From positions 1-37,867 of the IMG/VR virus record IMGVR_UViG_3300016667_000302: a stretch of 37,867 nucleotides of DNA; one strand, 5' to 3'. The translations under genes and the position numbers were made by a program. The first letter of the stretch is position 1, and the number at the start of each line of letters is the position of its first letter. Below are positions 7,778-17,492 of the stretch, one piece after another. Below the pieces are notes generated by a model. That model searched no databases and was not told the origin of the DNA. It saw nothing but the letters and a program-made list of their open reading frames with translations. The stretch comes from a virus. Taxonomy: Duplodnaviria > Caudoviricetes.

Positions 7778-8235
7778 GTGTTTTTAGTGTTTTGTTCGTG
7801 TTCAATTTGTGTTTTTTTGTAGTGGCTTCTATTCCACGTTCCAGCTTTGTACTGATCCTTTGGCTGGATTTTCTTTCTTTCTTCCTCTGTCAACAAGGGA
7901 GTCTTTTTGATGACCCTTTTGCTTTCGCTCCGCCAATCATTCCGAATGGCATGATCAACGGGTAAAGTCATTGCAGCCCTCTTGAAGGCGTATGGGCTGT
8001 ACTCTAGTCCAGCAAGAGCAATCAAGCTCTTGAGCCTGCCATCGTCAAAGAAGTGAGCCACTTCTTTGACGTCCCGAATATCATTTGGCCATTGGCTGGC
8101 CCTCCACACGGTGGGAAGGTTTCCAGTGACCTGCAGCCTATCATCCAAGCTTCCAACCCGGCGTAGAAACAGGGCATCCCCAACAGCCTGTGCGAGCATT
8201 GCACAGACTAGATCTCGTAAGCCCTTCTCAAACAC
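7774..8235 (-). CDS. Hypothetical protein
   Basis: 153-aa ORF, GTG start, LVCAMLAQAVGD motif. Confidence 0.7.
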   Translation of the reverse strand: MFEKGLRDLVCAMLAQAVGDALFLRRVGSLDDRLQVTGNLPTVWRASQWPNDIRDVKEVAHFFDDGRLKSLIALAGLEYSPYAFKRAAMTLPVDHAIRNDWRSESKRVIKKTPLLTEEERKKIQPKDQYKAGTWNRSHYKKTQIEHEQNTKNT

Positions 8236-8308
8236 GCTTCAGGTACCAGGTTGCGATGGCGAGGAATGCTGCCGTCAAAATGAGTGCTGCTGAGGTTGAA
8301 GGCTTCAA
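8228..8308 (-). CDS. Putative 26-aa membrane peptide
   Basis: TTG start overlaps the upstream TGA. MKPSTSAALILTAAFLAIATWYLKRV is a single hydrophobic helix. Confidence 0.4.
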   Translation of the reverse strand: MKPSTSAALILTAAFLAIATWYLKRV

Positions 8309-8505
8309 AACCAACCCTCCTCTTTGTCCATGTTCATCAGTTGGTTCTTTCTTGCTTTCCAATGCTCTTGCCGTTCCTTCCACTCCTCCACTCGCTTGGC
8401 ATGGTGATACCACTCGAACATGAATGTGAGTGCTGCTGCTGTGAAGCCTGAGGCAATTGTGATTCCGATCAAGAGGTCGTATCCGGTGAAGATCGCTTGT
8501 GTCAT
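8305..8505 (-). CDS. Small membrane protein, first gene of the replication module
   Basis: One TM segment plus a charged tail, leader CAACCCACACATG. Confidence 0.65.
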   Translation of the reverse strand: MTQAIFTGYDLLIGITIASGFTAAALTFMFEWYHHAKRVEEWKERQEHWKARKNQLMNMDKEEGWF

Positions 8506-8514
8506 GTGTGGGTT

Positions 8515-8570
8515 GCATCAAAGCCGCTCCAAAAAGAAGCGCAATGCTTTTTTCGTGAAATCTTTTTTAT
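8515..8570 (-). promoter_or_regulatory. Candidate promoter of the replication module
   Basis: A-tracts (UP-like), then TTGCGC-16 nt-TTTGAT in the gap between late and replication modules. The -10 match is weak. Confidence 0.35.
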
Positions 8571-8788
8571 CCCTCGCAATTCTGCTCCTGATCAAGCTTT
8601 GGTTCCTTCACCTTTCGGATCTCAAACCAACTTAGAACCTCCATCTCATCCACCCATCTGACGTAGTACCCGATGTCTGCCTCGTAGAACACAATGGCAA
8701 CAACCTGACCTAACGCCTCTGGGTTGGTTCGTCGAACGACGATGTCACCGATTTTGAACTTGGGAGCGTCAAATGCCGGTTTTCGCAT
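8567..8788 (-). CDS. Small beta-barrel (SH3-like) protein
   Basis: KFKIGDIV...GQVVAI...YYVRW pattern. Start refined to ATG 8788. Confidence 0.65.
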   Translation of the reverse strand: MRKPAFDAPKFKIGDIVVRRTNPEALGQVVAIVFYEADIGYYVRWVDEMEVLSWFEIRKVKEPKLDQEQNCEG

Positions 8789-9044
8789 AGTGCCAAACAC
8801 TTTGAGACTTCCCTTGACCAACCTTGGCAACGAACTTCTTCCTCTGCATCAGTCCTGCAGACAGCAGTCTTGATAGGATCTTATTGCACTGCCGCTCACC
8901 TACTCCCCACTCAGCTTGCAAATGCTTGCTTGTAAACCACCCCGGTGGTGGAGCTGCACCATTCTTGTCGAGAAGTTGCTTGAGTAGTTCATTCAGACCG
9001 GGAGTCTCCACTCCTTCAGCCCCCTTGGTTGTTCGTGTAGCCAT
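8769..9044 (-). CDS. Winged-HTH-like protein
   Basis: FTSKHLQAEWGVGERQCNKILSRLLSAGLM. Start refined to ATG 9044. Confidence 0.65.
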   Translation of the reverse strand: MATRTTKGAEGVETPGLNELLKQLLDKNGAAPPPGWFTSKHLQAEWGVGERQCNKILSRLLSAGLMQRKKFVAKVGQGKSQSVWHYAKTGI

Positions 9045-9721
9045 AGGACCGTCTCTGTACCAGAGTACTCGCCCCAGACAAAGCCAGAACTCCAAGAAAG
9101 TGTGGATCTTCTAGTGGATGCGTAGTCCATGCAAGGGATGTCGGCCAATGTTCCAACACAGAAGCCTGTCGGGTTGTCGATCCTTCTACCCTTGGCCACA
9201 GCAGCACGGTGGGTGTGCGCGTGGACGATATTTCCGTAAGCCTCGGCATGATCACGAGTTGCGCTCTCGGAGTACATTGTCCCATGTGTGGCCAAGTAGT
9301 TCCCAAACTTGAGTCCCTGCCAGACACCCGTATACGGCACGAGGTTGGCCTTTAAACGCTTCGCAGTGTCGTTAATAGCTCCAACCACCTGAGATGCTGC
9401 AAACGAGCGTACAGCATTGCTGCTGTTGAGTTCTCGAAACACCCTAGCCTCATGGTTTCCACACAGAATGTGGGTAGCCTTGATCTTCTCCAAGAAAGAC
9501 AATCCAGCCTCACAGTCAGGCTGAACCCGGTCAGTCATCTCGCTGTCCTTGGCACCGCTTCTGAAGGCGCCTAGGTCAATGAAGTCACCCAAGTGAACCC
9601 GGTCGTGAGGGGCGAAGTTCTTGATGAACTTCAGGATAGCCGCCTCATTCTCAGGTGGAAGTTGTGCGCCATGGGAACATCCAACAAACAGGATTCGACG
9701 CCACTTCCGTACGGGGTTCAT
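8993..9721 (-). CDS. Calcineurin-like metallophosphoesterase
   Basis: GCSH (DxH position), LGDFID, GNHE, THG, AHTHR. Confidence 0.88.
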   Translation of the reverse strand: MNPVRKWRRILFVGCSHGAQLPPENEAAILKFIKNFAPHDRVHLGDFIDLGAFRSGAKDSEMTDRVQPDCEAGLSFLEKIKATHILCGNHEARVFRELNSSNAVRSFAASQVVGAINDTAKRLKANLVPYTGVWQGLKFGNYLATHGTMYSESATRDHAEAYGNIVHAHTHRAAVAKGRRIDNPTGFCVGTLADIPCMDYASTRRSTLSWSSGFVWGEYSGTETVLWLHEQPRGLKEWRLPV

Positions 9722-12700
9722 TTGCGTTGTAGTTCACGTTCGGTTGCTTTGGCAGCAGGGAAGAAGGTTCTGGAAAGATTCACCTGAATCACAGGCTTCC
9801 TGCGTGCGGCGATAACATTCCTGAACGCCTGATGTGTCGTCAAGGGTGGAGGAGTCTGTGCAGCAGCAGATTGAGCCTGTTGTTGCTTCCTAGCAGCAAA
9901 CGATTCGGAAGACCTCTGCTCAGTCTGAGCTTGGCGTTCTTGCGCGATCTGGTCAGTAACACTGGAGATTCCAATCCGTTCAATCGCAGCCTGTGCAGCG
10001 GAATTGATCTGTGCATCCAATTCATCAAGACCGGCAGCAATCCTTTCTGGATTGAGTGACTCAACAGGACGGTTTAGTACAGTCTCAAAGTCAGAAGCCA
10101 GCTTGGCTGAAATGGCAGCAAACCTTTCCCGACGAGCCTGAATGCCTTCAGGGCTATTGAAGTAGGCAAGGCGACTGGCTTCCGTAGTATCACCTGACAA
10201 AGACGAATGAAACACAGATGGGTCAACCTTCGATTCTGGGTCGTAGTATGGTTGGTAAGACACATTTCTGCCCTTGTCCATCGCAGTCTCCAGATCACCA
10301 TACACACCTTCAAGGCTTCCATCTGGCTTGTAGAGCCTGTAGCCGCGTGTTCCTTCAATCACCCTCGTCCCAACGCCATTGGTGAACACATCCTTGTCAC
10401 CAACCTTGGCTGGCATGAAGTTCTGCTTAAGCTTGTAGTAAGCATTCGTGTTGAATGCCGTAGACCCACCAGATGGGGCCATGCTCAAGATGTTGCGAAG
10501 CGAGTAATCACGGAACACTGACCTGTCACTGCGCTTGATGCTGTAGCCCTCGGATGGAGGGTTGATGAACGCATCAGGCATCGGCGGTTTCATCGCTTCG
10601 TAGAACAGGTTCCTGCGAGCATCACCCCACTTGCCATTGTCATCAGCAAGCATTGCAGCAGAAGGCTCAGTCCCTTTTGCCAGATTGGGAAGGTACTTCT
10701 GGATGAAAGCCTCCTTAGCATCCAGCCCACTGGCAAAAGCACCTTTGAACTTGGTCTGCAAAAGTTCGTTCATCCGGCGAGATACCAATCCGATATCAAG
10801 AACCCTGACACGAAGTTGACCACTTTTGTTCATCAGGATCTCGTATGGGATCACCTCACCATTGCTCACAGCAATGAACTGATCCTTCACACTGGCAGAT
10901 CCAGGCCCACGCTCGATGCCTTTTGGCTTCTTCGTCTCAGCCGCATGGGTTGTGAAGTAGATGCTGTTGATGCCCCTGTTGAAATCCTTGTTCAACTGAT
11001 AGAGGATTCGCCTCTGCCGAATTGGCATACTGGCTCCGACCTTCTCAAGCTGTGCTTCATTCAGGCCCAATGGGAACACAGTTCCATCCTTCTCAGTGTG
11101 AAATCCACCAATCCCAGAAGCCAATTCCTCCGGCTTGCTTGGTGTGGTTAGAACATCATTCACAAACTCTGCCTGTGGCTTCGTAGGATTGCCTGTAGGC
11201 TTTCCTTGGAGTGGCCGAGTGTCAGTGATGCCAGAAGGATCTGGAACACCTGTAGGAGCCATTGTTGGCTTCCCTGAGGGCTTTAGGTCTTCTCCAATCT
11301 TGCCTGTGTTTGGATCGAAGATCCTTGTGCCAAAGGTGGCATTGATCCGTTCCATCCCTTCTTTGCCAAGTTCCTTTGCGCTCAGGATGGTTGTAGGTTC
11401 AGCAAAATCAAGTGTTCCGTCACGAAGAGCAGTGAAGGCTTCCTTCACCACTTCACCCATGGGCTTGATCTTGACCTGCTTGCCATCCTTGAAGAATCCC
11501 TGCTCAAGCCCCTTGGAAAAGTCAAAAGCCCCATCACGTTGAAGCTTATTCACCGTGAGGTCACGGGCCAGATCGAACATCGAGGTCACGATGTTGGGTA
11601 GTTTGCCCTTCATGAAGACGTCCTTGTACTGGCCTCGCAATCCACCAACAGCATTGAAGCCAGCGTAGTAGGCAAGCATCTCGTCCGCGAGGTACTTCTG
11701 GCTCCTGATCCGCTCCTCAAGCGGGACATTTTGATCATAGGCAAGCTTAGCAGATGCCTTGAACTTCTCAGCGTTCTTTCCAGTCCCGGCATACTTCTCA
11801 GCAAAGTCCAAGATGGTCTGCATTGGAACTCCAGCTTCTTTGACCATTTGACCGGCCAAGTCTGGGCTGATTTCAGCACCATCAACTCCAAAGAGAAACT
11901 TGCGTGCGTTGTCTACAAACCTTTCGCCAATAATCGTGTCACGAAGGGCATGAATGATCTCATGCGGCACAGTGCTTTTGCCAGCTCGGTCCACGTTGAT
12001 GTAGATGACTGGATCAAGACCAGATTCAGCATCCCTGCTTACAGAAACACCTTGGAAATTGGTGTCCTTAAACAACGGTTTGCCATTGGCATCAACAGGC
12101 ATCTCGCCATCCCTGATGTACTCGATACGCCTTCCAAGGTTGCCAACAGCATCGTTGAGATCCGCAATCAGTGGGCGAGCATCGAAGTTCTTGTTTGCCA
12201 TGTTGGCAGCAAACGCAGCAGCACGTTCAGCCTGCTCAGGCGACATCTTTCTAAGCGTCCGCTCAAAGTCAGCAGTCACACGCTCATTGCGAATAGATCC
12301 CTGAAACGGCATCCCCTTGAACGCATTCAAAGGGTCAAGAGCGTACTGGAAGCCTCTGCCAACTGTCGCCCCCAATGCTCCGCCAGCAATACCTGCTCCA
12401 AGCCCTTGTGCTGCTCCTTCTTCGCCCTCAGAAAGCGCACCAAGCACAGAACCAATAGCACCACCCTCAATCAACCCTTGAATCGTTCTAGGGGCAACGT
12501 CGAGCACTAGGCCTCCACCAAGCGCATTAGCTGCTTTAGCCATGCTACGAGCAAGAGGTGAGATGGATTCATCAGCAGCAACAGCCATCAGTGGCGTGAT
12601 GCGGGAAGGGCCTTTGCCCATCGCTTCTCCTGTAGCCTGAAGGAACTCACCAACAGGAGCCAAAGACTTCGTCCCAAGCCATGTCCCTGCCGCTGAAAGA

Positions 12701-13521
12701 GGATCGAATGCGTAGGCAGCACCACCAAGCCCAACGTTGCGTGCAACCGAGGCAGCAGCCTCTGGAGCCATGCCGGTCATCTTCTCAACCCTAGAACCAA
12801 TCGCCTCACCAGCAGCCTCTGCTGCCCTTGCAAGACCTCTTGCAACCTTGCCTGTTCCTTTAAGACCTGCTGCTACTGCTCTTTCAGCAAGCACTGCCCC
12901 CTTGCCAGCGGAACCACCTGGAATCAACACAGTTGGATCGAGGAACAAAGATGCCGCTTCAGCCTGCTTTGGATTCACCAACTCACTTGGGACCAGTAGT
13001 GTTTCTTCACCACGCGCAATCCTTTCACGCCTAGCCTGAATCTCCAATGCCTGCTTCCACTGCTGCAACTGCTCAAACTCAGTGCCAGAGTTTGTGGCAA
13101 GGTTCTTCAATTGGAAAAGAACAGAGGTTGGATTTGTCGATTCAGTGAGTAGATTCACCAAGTCATACGTCCCACGGGCTGCGCCTTCAGCAGCAGATGG
13201 CAGTGCTTTGCCGGGTTCTTGGAATGCGGCACCAATACCTTCAGCCACAGTCGTCCCAAGCGAGCCAATTCCTTGCAGGATTGAACTAGCCCAACCTCCA
13301 ACACCTTTGGATGGCTGGCTTTCCTTGTAGGCTTTGTAGAGGCGAAGGTCGTCTACGGTGAGTGAGTTTCTAGCCTGTGGATCTCCAGTGCTGATGTCAT
13401 ACTCAACATCCTGACCATTGCGGGGGAAGTTATCCCTCAAGGCTTTCTCCATTACATCCTTTGGAGTGCCTTCGTCGAACTCTACGAACGTGTTCCTTGA
13501 TGGAATATCAACCCTAATCAT
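9718..13521 (-). CDS. Large internal virion / DNA ejection protein
   Basis: 1267 aa, Ala/Gly-rich amphipathic N-half, a HEIIH (HExxH) motif, last of the ejection-protein cluster. Confidence 0.7.
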   Translation of the reverse strand: MIRVDIPSRNTFVEFDEGTPKDVMEKALRDNFPRNGQDVEYDISTGDPQARNSLTVDDLRLYKAYKESQPSKGVGGWASSILQGIGSLGTTVAEGIGAAFQEPGKALPSAAEGAARGTYDLVNLLTESTNPTSVLFQLKNLATNSGTEFEQLQQWKQALEIQARRERIARGEETLLVPSELVNPKQAEAASLFLDPTVLIPGGSAGKGAVLAERAVAAGLKGTGKVARGLARAAEAAGEAIGSRVEKMTGMAPEAAASVARNVGLGGAAYAFDPLSAAGTWLGTKSLAPVGEFLQATGEAMGKGPSRITPLMAVAADESISPLARSMAKAANALGGGLVLDVAPRTIQGLIEGGAIGSVLGALSEGEEGAAQGLGAGIAGGALGATVGRGFQYALDPLNAFKGMPFQGSIRNERVTADFERTLRKMSPEQAERAAAFAANMANKNFDARPLIADLNDAVGNLGRRIEYIRDGEMPVDANGKPLFKDTNFQGVSVSRDAESGLDPVIYINVDRAGKSTVPHEIIHALRDTIIGERFVDNARKFLFGVDGAEISPDLAGQMVKEAGVPMQTILDFAEKYAGTGKNAEKFKASAKLAYDQNVPLEERIRSQKYLADEMLAYYAGFNAVGGLRGQYKDVFMKGKLPNIVTSMFDLARDLTVNKLQRDGAFDFSKGLEQGFFKDGKQVKIKPMGEVVKEAFTALRDGTLDFAEPTTILSAKELGKEGMERINATFGTRIFDPNTGKIGEDLKPSGKPTMAPTGVPDPSGITDTRPLQGKPTGNPTKPQAEFVNDVLTTPSKPEELASGIGGFHTEKDGTVFPLGLNEAQLEKVGASMPIRQRRILYQLNKDFNRGINSIYFTTHAAETKKPKGIERGPGSASVKDQFIAVSNGEVIPYEILMNKSGQLRVRVLDIGLVSRRMNELLQTKFKGAFASGLDAKEAFIQKYLPNLAKGTEPSAAMLADDNGKWGDARRNLFYEAMKPPMPDAFINPPSEGYSIKRSDRSVFRDYSLRNILSMAPSGGSTAFNTNAYYKLKQNFMPAKVGDKDVFTNGVGTRVIEGTRGYRLYKPDGSLEGVYGDLETAMDKGRNVSYQPYYDPESKVDPSVFHSSLSGDTTEASRLAYFNSPEGIQARRERFAAISAKLASDFETVLNRPVESLNPERIAAGLDELDAQINSAAQAAIERIGISSVTDQIAQERQAQTEQRSSESFAARKQQQAQSAAAQTPPPLTTHQAFRNVIAARRKPVIQVNLSRTFFPAAKATERELQRK

Positions 13522-14669
13522 CTAGGCTCCATCCTCCCAGTTTTTGTGTTGAAGTAAAAACCACCTCCAGCACCCGGAGCGGATTGCTGCTGTTGATTGG
13601 TTCCGTAAGATGGAATCTTATCTCTAGCATACTCAGGAACAAGATCATACATGGAGGCAACCATTTCTTTTCTTCTAGCTTCTTTTGCCTTTAGTACCTC
13701 TTCAGTATCTCCAGCTAGAGGAAAATACCTCCTTTCAGCAGCTTGAAATTCAGCAGGAGTAACTGACGCTCCTGATTGATCTCTGTTTATTGCATTTGTG
13801 AACTCATTGACTATTCCTTCATACAATTTCCTATTTTGAGTCTTAAGCATCTCAAACATTGGGAGCCTATTCAGCGGATTTGATGGATCGTAACCAGAAG
13901 CTCTTACAAGATTTTCATATTCCTTGTTAGCTCGATGCATCGCCCCGGCAAACTTAAGGTTTTTTTCTTGAGCTTCAGTCAGAGCTTTCTCCGCCGGAGG
14001 AGTTTTAAGCTCAACAATCCTTCCATCAGCAGTAAGTGCTTGATCCTTAAGAATCTCTCCTGTCGCTGGATGCTTAAGCGGCAGAAGCGTTGATTTCGGA
14101 AGACTTGGACCTGTGTTGTCCCACTCTTCCTTTACAAGCTTCAATGCCTCATCTTGGTATTGAATTGGAACTTGGGAGACATATTTAAATGCTATGCTGA
14201 AGAATTTCTTTCTAGTTTTCTCGTAATTATTAAACTCAGCAAAAGGATCGTACTTAGGCTTATCAGGAGCAGGAGCAGGAGCATTGGCAGAAGGCTGCGC
14301 CGGAGCTTCAGGTTGTGCGGTTGGTTGAGGTTGTTGTGATGAAGCCTGAACCTGTTGTGCGACTGGTTGCTCTTGAACGCTTGGGATAAGCCCTGCTGCT
14401 TGAACCCTCTTTTCAATCGAAGGCTGGAGCATCGCAGCCTGCTCTGCATACCACAACCTTTCTGCCGCTGGAACCGTAGATTTATCACCCCTGTATCTGT
14501 TCCTAACACCAGTCTTTGCAAGCTCTACATACTTTGAAAGCAACTTGGCATCTCTTTCGAGACCTGGAATTGTTTCTTTTCGCAAAGAACTAAGATCAGA
14601 CACCTGCCTGTCTGCTTGTGCCTGTTCTTGAAGTCTTTTAAATGTTTCCTCTGAAAGAATGCCATCCAT
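13518..14669 (-). CDS. Internal virion / DNA transfer protein
   Basis: Gln/Pro linker, RDQSGASVTPAEF...YFPLAGD motif, position in the cluster. Confidence 0.65.
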   Translation of the reverse strand: MDGILSEETFKRLQEQAQADRQVSDLSSLRKETIPGLERDAKLLSKYVELAKTGVRNRYRGDKSTVPAAERLWYAEQAAMLQPSIEKRVQAAGLIPSVQEQPVAQQVQASSQQPQPTAQPEAPAQPSANAPAPAPDKPKYDPFAEFNNYEKTRKKFFSIAFKYVSQVPIQYQDEALKLVKEEWDNTGPSLPKSTLLPLKHPATGEILKDQALTADGRIVELKTPPAEKALTEAQEKNLKFAGAMHRANKEYENLVRASGYDPSNPLNRLPMFEMLKTQNRKLYEGIVNEFTNAINRDQSGASVTPAEFQAAERRYFPLAGDTEEVLKAKEARRKEMVASMYDLVPEYARDKIPSYGTNQQQQSAPGAGGGFYFNTKTGRMEPR

Positions 14670-14670
14670 A

Positions 14671-14823
14671 TCACTTGCTCCTTGCTGCTTCGTACTTCTT
14701 CAGTTCTTCAGCCACCTTCTTAGCCTTCTTAGGCTCACCTGAAAAGTGAACCTTGTCACCACACCACACCTCCATTGTGGCTGGCTTTGTGGTCATATTC
14801 CACTTAAGGAAGATTGGTGTCAT
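14671..14823 (-). CDS. Small protein (50 aa, not in ORF track)
   Basis: MTPIFLKWNMTTKPATMEVWCGDKVHFSGEPKKAKKVAEELKKYEAARSK. ATGA overlap upstream, ends 1 nt before the next ATG. Confidence 0.75.
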   Translation of the reverse strand: MTPIFLKWNMTTKPATMEVWCGDKVHFSGEPKKAKKVAEELKKYEAARSK

Positions 14824-15332
14824 CTTGATGGTCGCTGTAAGTAGAACGGAATCAACGGGATTCCAGAACCATATCCTGATGAGTCATATCCTGATGGAAC
14901 AGGAGGCTCAGCTTGAGATTCTGTTGCAGGAACCATGTTTACATTCCTGAGAACGTCTGCGCCAATCGCACCTTGAGGCTGATTTGAGTCAGCCATTTGA
15001 CTTTCCCTGAACTCACGTCTAATTGCATCAAGTGCTGGAGAAAAAGAAAATGACTTCTGGTTAGCTTGAGTGGTGGCATTACCCTTAAGGTAATCGTAGT
15101 AATCCTTCCTTGCCTTTGCCTCTTCTTCTTGGATGGTGAGCTTTTTCTGCTCTGTGCCATAGTTCCTCTCAGCCTGCCTAGCAGCCTGATACCCACTTGC
15201 GAAAGCAGCAATCGAGTTGCCGATTCCAGCAATGCTAGCAGCCATTGGACTCTGGCTCATCCCTTGGACGTACCAAGAAGGAACCTGCCAGCCTGAGCCT
15301 ACGTTATCCTGACCGAATTGGAAGTTTGCCAT
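14820..15332 (-). CDS. Putative internal virion protein
   Basis: Gln/Ser/Gly-rich, located in the ejection cluster. Confidence 0.55.
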   Translation of the reverse strand: MANFQFGQDNVGSGWQVPSWYVQGMSQSPMAASIAGIGNSIAAFASGYQAARQAERNYGTEQKKLTIQEEEAKARKDYYDYLKGNATTQANQKSFSFSPALDAIRREFRESQMADSNQPQGAIGADVLRNVNMVPATESQAEPPVPSGYDSSGYGSGIPLIPFYLQRPSR

Positions 15333-15350
15333 AAGATTGGTTGGTTAAGA

Positions 15351-16316
15351 CTAAGATCCTCCGCCACCACCACCACCACCACCACCTCCTCCTCCACTTC
15401 CACCTCCTTTTCCGTACCTTGCTCCGTAGTAAGATCCAGCAGCCCCAGCGAGCGAGCTTCCAAGCTGACCATATGCGGCAGCAGTCTGGGCTGCAGCTTG
15501 GTTCTGAGCGGCGAGGTTAGCCATGGTCATCTGGCTATTCATGTTGTAAAGGTTTCCAGCGTAAGAGGACTCAGGATTGAACAACCTAGGCCCAGCTTGC
15601 ATTGCCTGCTGGACAGCACCCTGCGAAACACCATAGGCCAAAGGAGCCGTTTCAGCCCCAAGAACACGCTGGAGGGCAGGCTGGGACAAGGCAGCACTGG
15701 AAGCCATGGCAGATTGAGCAAACGCCCTTCTCTGCGCTTCACGCTGGTTTGCGAACTGGTAACGATTCAACACTTCAGCAAGTGCTGCTTGGTCACTGGT
15801 TCCAACTCCGCGAGCCGCATAAGCCTGACGCGCCATCTGGTCTAATCCACGGGCTTCTTCCTCTGAAATGGATTTACCAAGCGCAAGATCCTGCATTGCC
15901 ATTCCAACAATGGCTTCATTGATCTGGCCAACACCTGGCATCGCCTCAAGATACTGCTGAACGTAGGCCGGTGCTGCACCCTGTAGGGTTGCCATCTCCT
16001 GCGCCCTCTGGCGATCCATCAACGTGTTGTAGATGCCCTGCTGCTGACGAGCAATCGTGCCCTGCCTTCCAGCCTGTTGCTGCATCGTGGACAGATACAG
16101 GTTGGCGTACATCGGCTGATACTTAGCCTCAAGGTTATACAGAGCAGGCGCAGCCTTCTTCTGAGCCTTGAGCGTAGCCATCAACTCAGAGGCGTAGTCA
16201 CGCTTGCCTTGACCCATCTGACCAGCAATCTTGTCTTCTGCCTTGCTGGATTTGTAGACACCGTAGGCAGATGTTGCAAGCGATGCGACTGCTAGACCTG
16301 ATGCTATGTATGACAT
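15351..16316 (-). CDS. Putative DNA pilot/ejection protein with poly-Gly C-terminus
   Basis: Ala/Gln-rich, hydrophobic N-terminus, AARGV motif, tail GGGSGGGGGGGGGGGGGS. Confidence 0.65.
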   Translation of the reverse strand: MSYIASGLAVASLATSAYGVYKSSKAEDKIAGQMGQGKRDYASELMATLKAQKKAAPALYNLEAKYQPMYANLYLSTMQQQAGRQGTIARQQQGIYNTLMDRQRAQEMATLQGAAPAYVQQYLEAMPGVGQINEAIVGMAMQDLALGKSISEEEARGLDQMARQAYAARGVGTSDQAALAEVLNRYQFANQREAQRRAFAQSAMASSAALSQPALQRVLGAETAPLAYGVSQGAVQQAMQAGPRLFNPESSYAGNLYNMNSQMTMANLAAQNQAAAQTAAAYGQLGSSLAGAAGSYYGARYGKGGGSGGGGGGGGGGGGGS

Positions 16317-16831
16317 TCTAAAACCTCCTGCTTGATTCTGTCGTTTACGGTCATCCTGAACTGGTCGGTTGTCATCTTGCCCTTAAGGCGAAGCGTTTCT
16401 TCATCGAGTTCGATGGCTTCTTCTTCAAGCTGAACAACATCACGGCAGTCAGTTGGATTGGCATGGATGGTCATCCACCTCATATCCTCCTCAATCAGAA
16501 GCACCTTCTGGACGCCGGGCTTGCTTTCAATGACGGCAGGAGCCTCAACGTAGTGAACCTCGCCATCCATGAGCACTGCTGCTTTGCCAGACAGGATGAT
16601 GTTTAGATGCTGAGTCTTGTGCTTGTGGCCAATGATGAAGGTGCCAGCAGGCATGAAGATCTCACGGGCATAGATGCCTGGAGAAAAGTGGTGAACCAAA
16701 GGGCACTCAACCTGAATGCCTTCAGCGCACTGTTTCGCAGCAGCAGAGATCGTCCGGTCGTATTCCTCCTTGGAGTAACCCTCGGGGATGATCGGCCCAT
16801 CCAAAACTTCAGTTGGAGCAAGTGTCACCAT
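16304..16831 (-). CDS. Cupin-fold protein in the virion module
   Basis: HHFSPGIYAREIFMPAGTFIIGHKHKTQH double-stranded beta-helix pattern. Confidence 0.7.
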   Translation of the reverse strand: MVTLAPTEVLDGPIIPEGYSKEEYDRTISAAAKQCAEGIQVECPLVHHFSPGIYAREIFMPAGTFIIGHKHKTQHLNIILSGKAAVLMDGEVHYVEAPAVIESKPGVQKVLLIEEDMRWMTIHANPTDCRDVVQLEEEAIELDEETLRLKGKMTTDQFRMTVNDRIKQEVLECHT

Positions 16832-17097
16832 TTAGTTCTGTTCGCCCAATAGGCAGCAGACATTTTACCCTTCTTGATATTCTCAGCATGACGAGCCTTA
16901 AACGATTCCCGTCTTGCACGATAGGAAGCACTTTCGCCAGCCTTTTTTGGAGAGCCACTAACACCCTGCTGACCAAACCGGATCAGTTTCACCTGATCAC
17001 CAGACTTGGCCAACACAGCATGAGACTTCGTGGGATGTCCCGGAGTCCTTTTAGGCTTGTTATAGCCCTGAAACTTCTCTCCAGCTTTTTCGATCAT
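16825..17097 (-). CDS. Small basic conserved phage protein (DUF6321-like)
   Basis: HPTKSHAVLAK, LIRFGQQG, RRESFKARH, SAAYWA..KW. Confidence 0.75.
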   Translation of the reverse strand: MIEKAGEKFQGYNKPKRTPGHPTKSHAVLAKSGDQVKLIRFGQQGVSGSPKKAGESASYRARRESFKARHAENIKKGKMSAAYWANRTKW

Positions 17098-17492
17098 GCG
17101 AGGATGGCCGGTAAGGTGGCTTTAATCTCTTCCAAGGTATCTGGCAGCGGAATCTTGGTAACGTCACGCAGAGCCTGCTTCTTGGAGCTTATATCGGCAA
17201 GTTTCACAGAATCACCTGCTTCAAGGGCTTTGATTGACTCAATATCAAGCTGAGTGAACTTTTGCGCTCTGAGATGCCGAAAGAAATCAAGCCTGACCTG
17301 CTTTGCTTTTGGGATATCAACAGAAATAGAAGATCCAGAAAGCACAAACGCCTTTTGATACTCCATGTCCGGAAGAGCGTTTGGATCAATTTCAACACCT
17401 CCAGTTGATGCAATAACATCCTCAACAGAAGCATTCACCGGAATGGTGATCCTTACAACACCGTCATTCCCAGTATGTGCGATGATTTTCAT
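17094..17492 (-). CDS. Tail fibre assembly chaperone-like protein
   Basis: Follows the fibre gene. R..R...F..LD and KQALRDVT motifs. Confidence 0.65.
   Translation of the reverse strand: MKIIAHTGNDGVVRITIPVNASVEDVIASTGGVEIDPNALPDMEYQKAFVLSGSSISVDIPKAKQVRLDFFRHLRAQKFTQLDIESIKALEAGDSVKLADISSKKQALRDVTKIPLPDTLEEIKATLPAILA

Noticed and set aside
9718-13521. Virion RNA polymerase or lytic transglycosylase domain in the 1267-aa protein
   Set aside because: No DxDGD, T7-type polymerase or transglycosylase motifs were recognised. Only an isolated HExxH is present.
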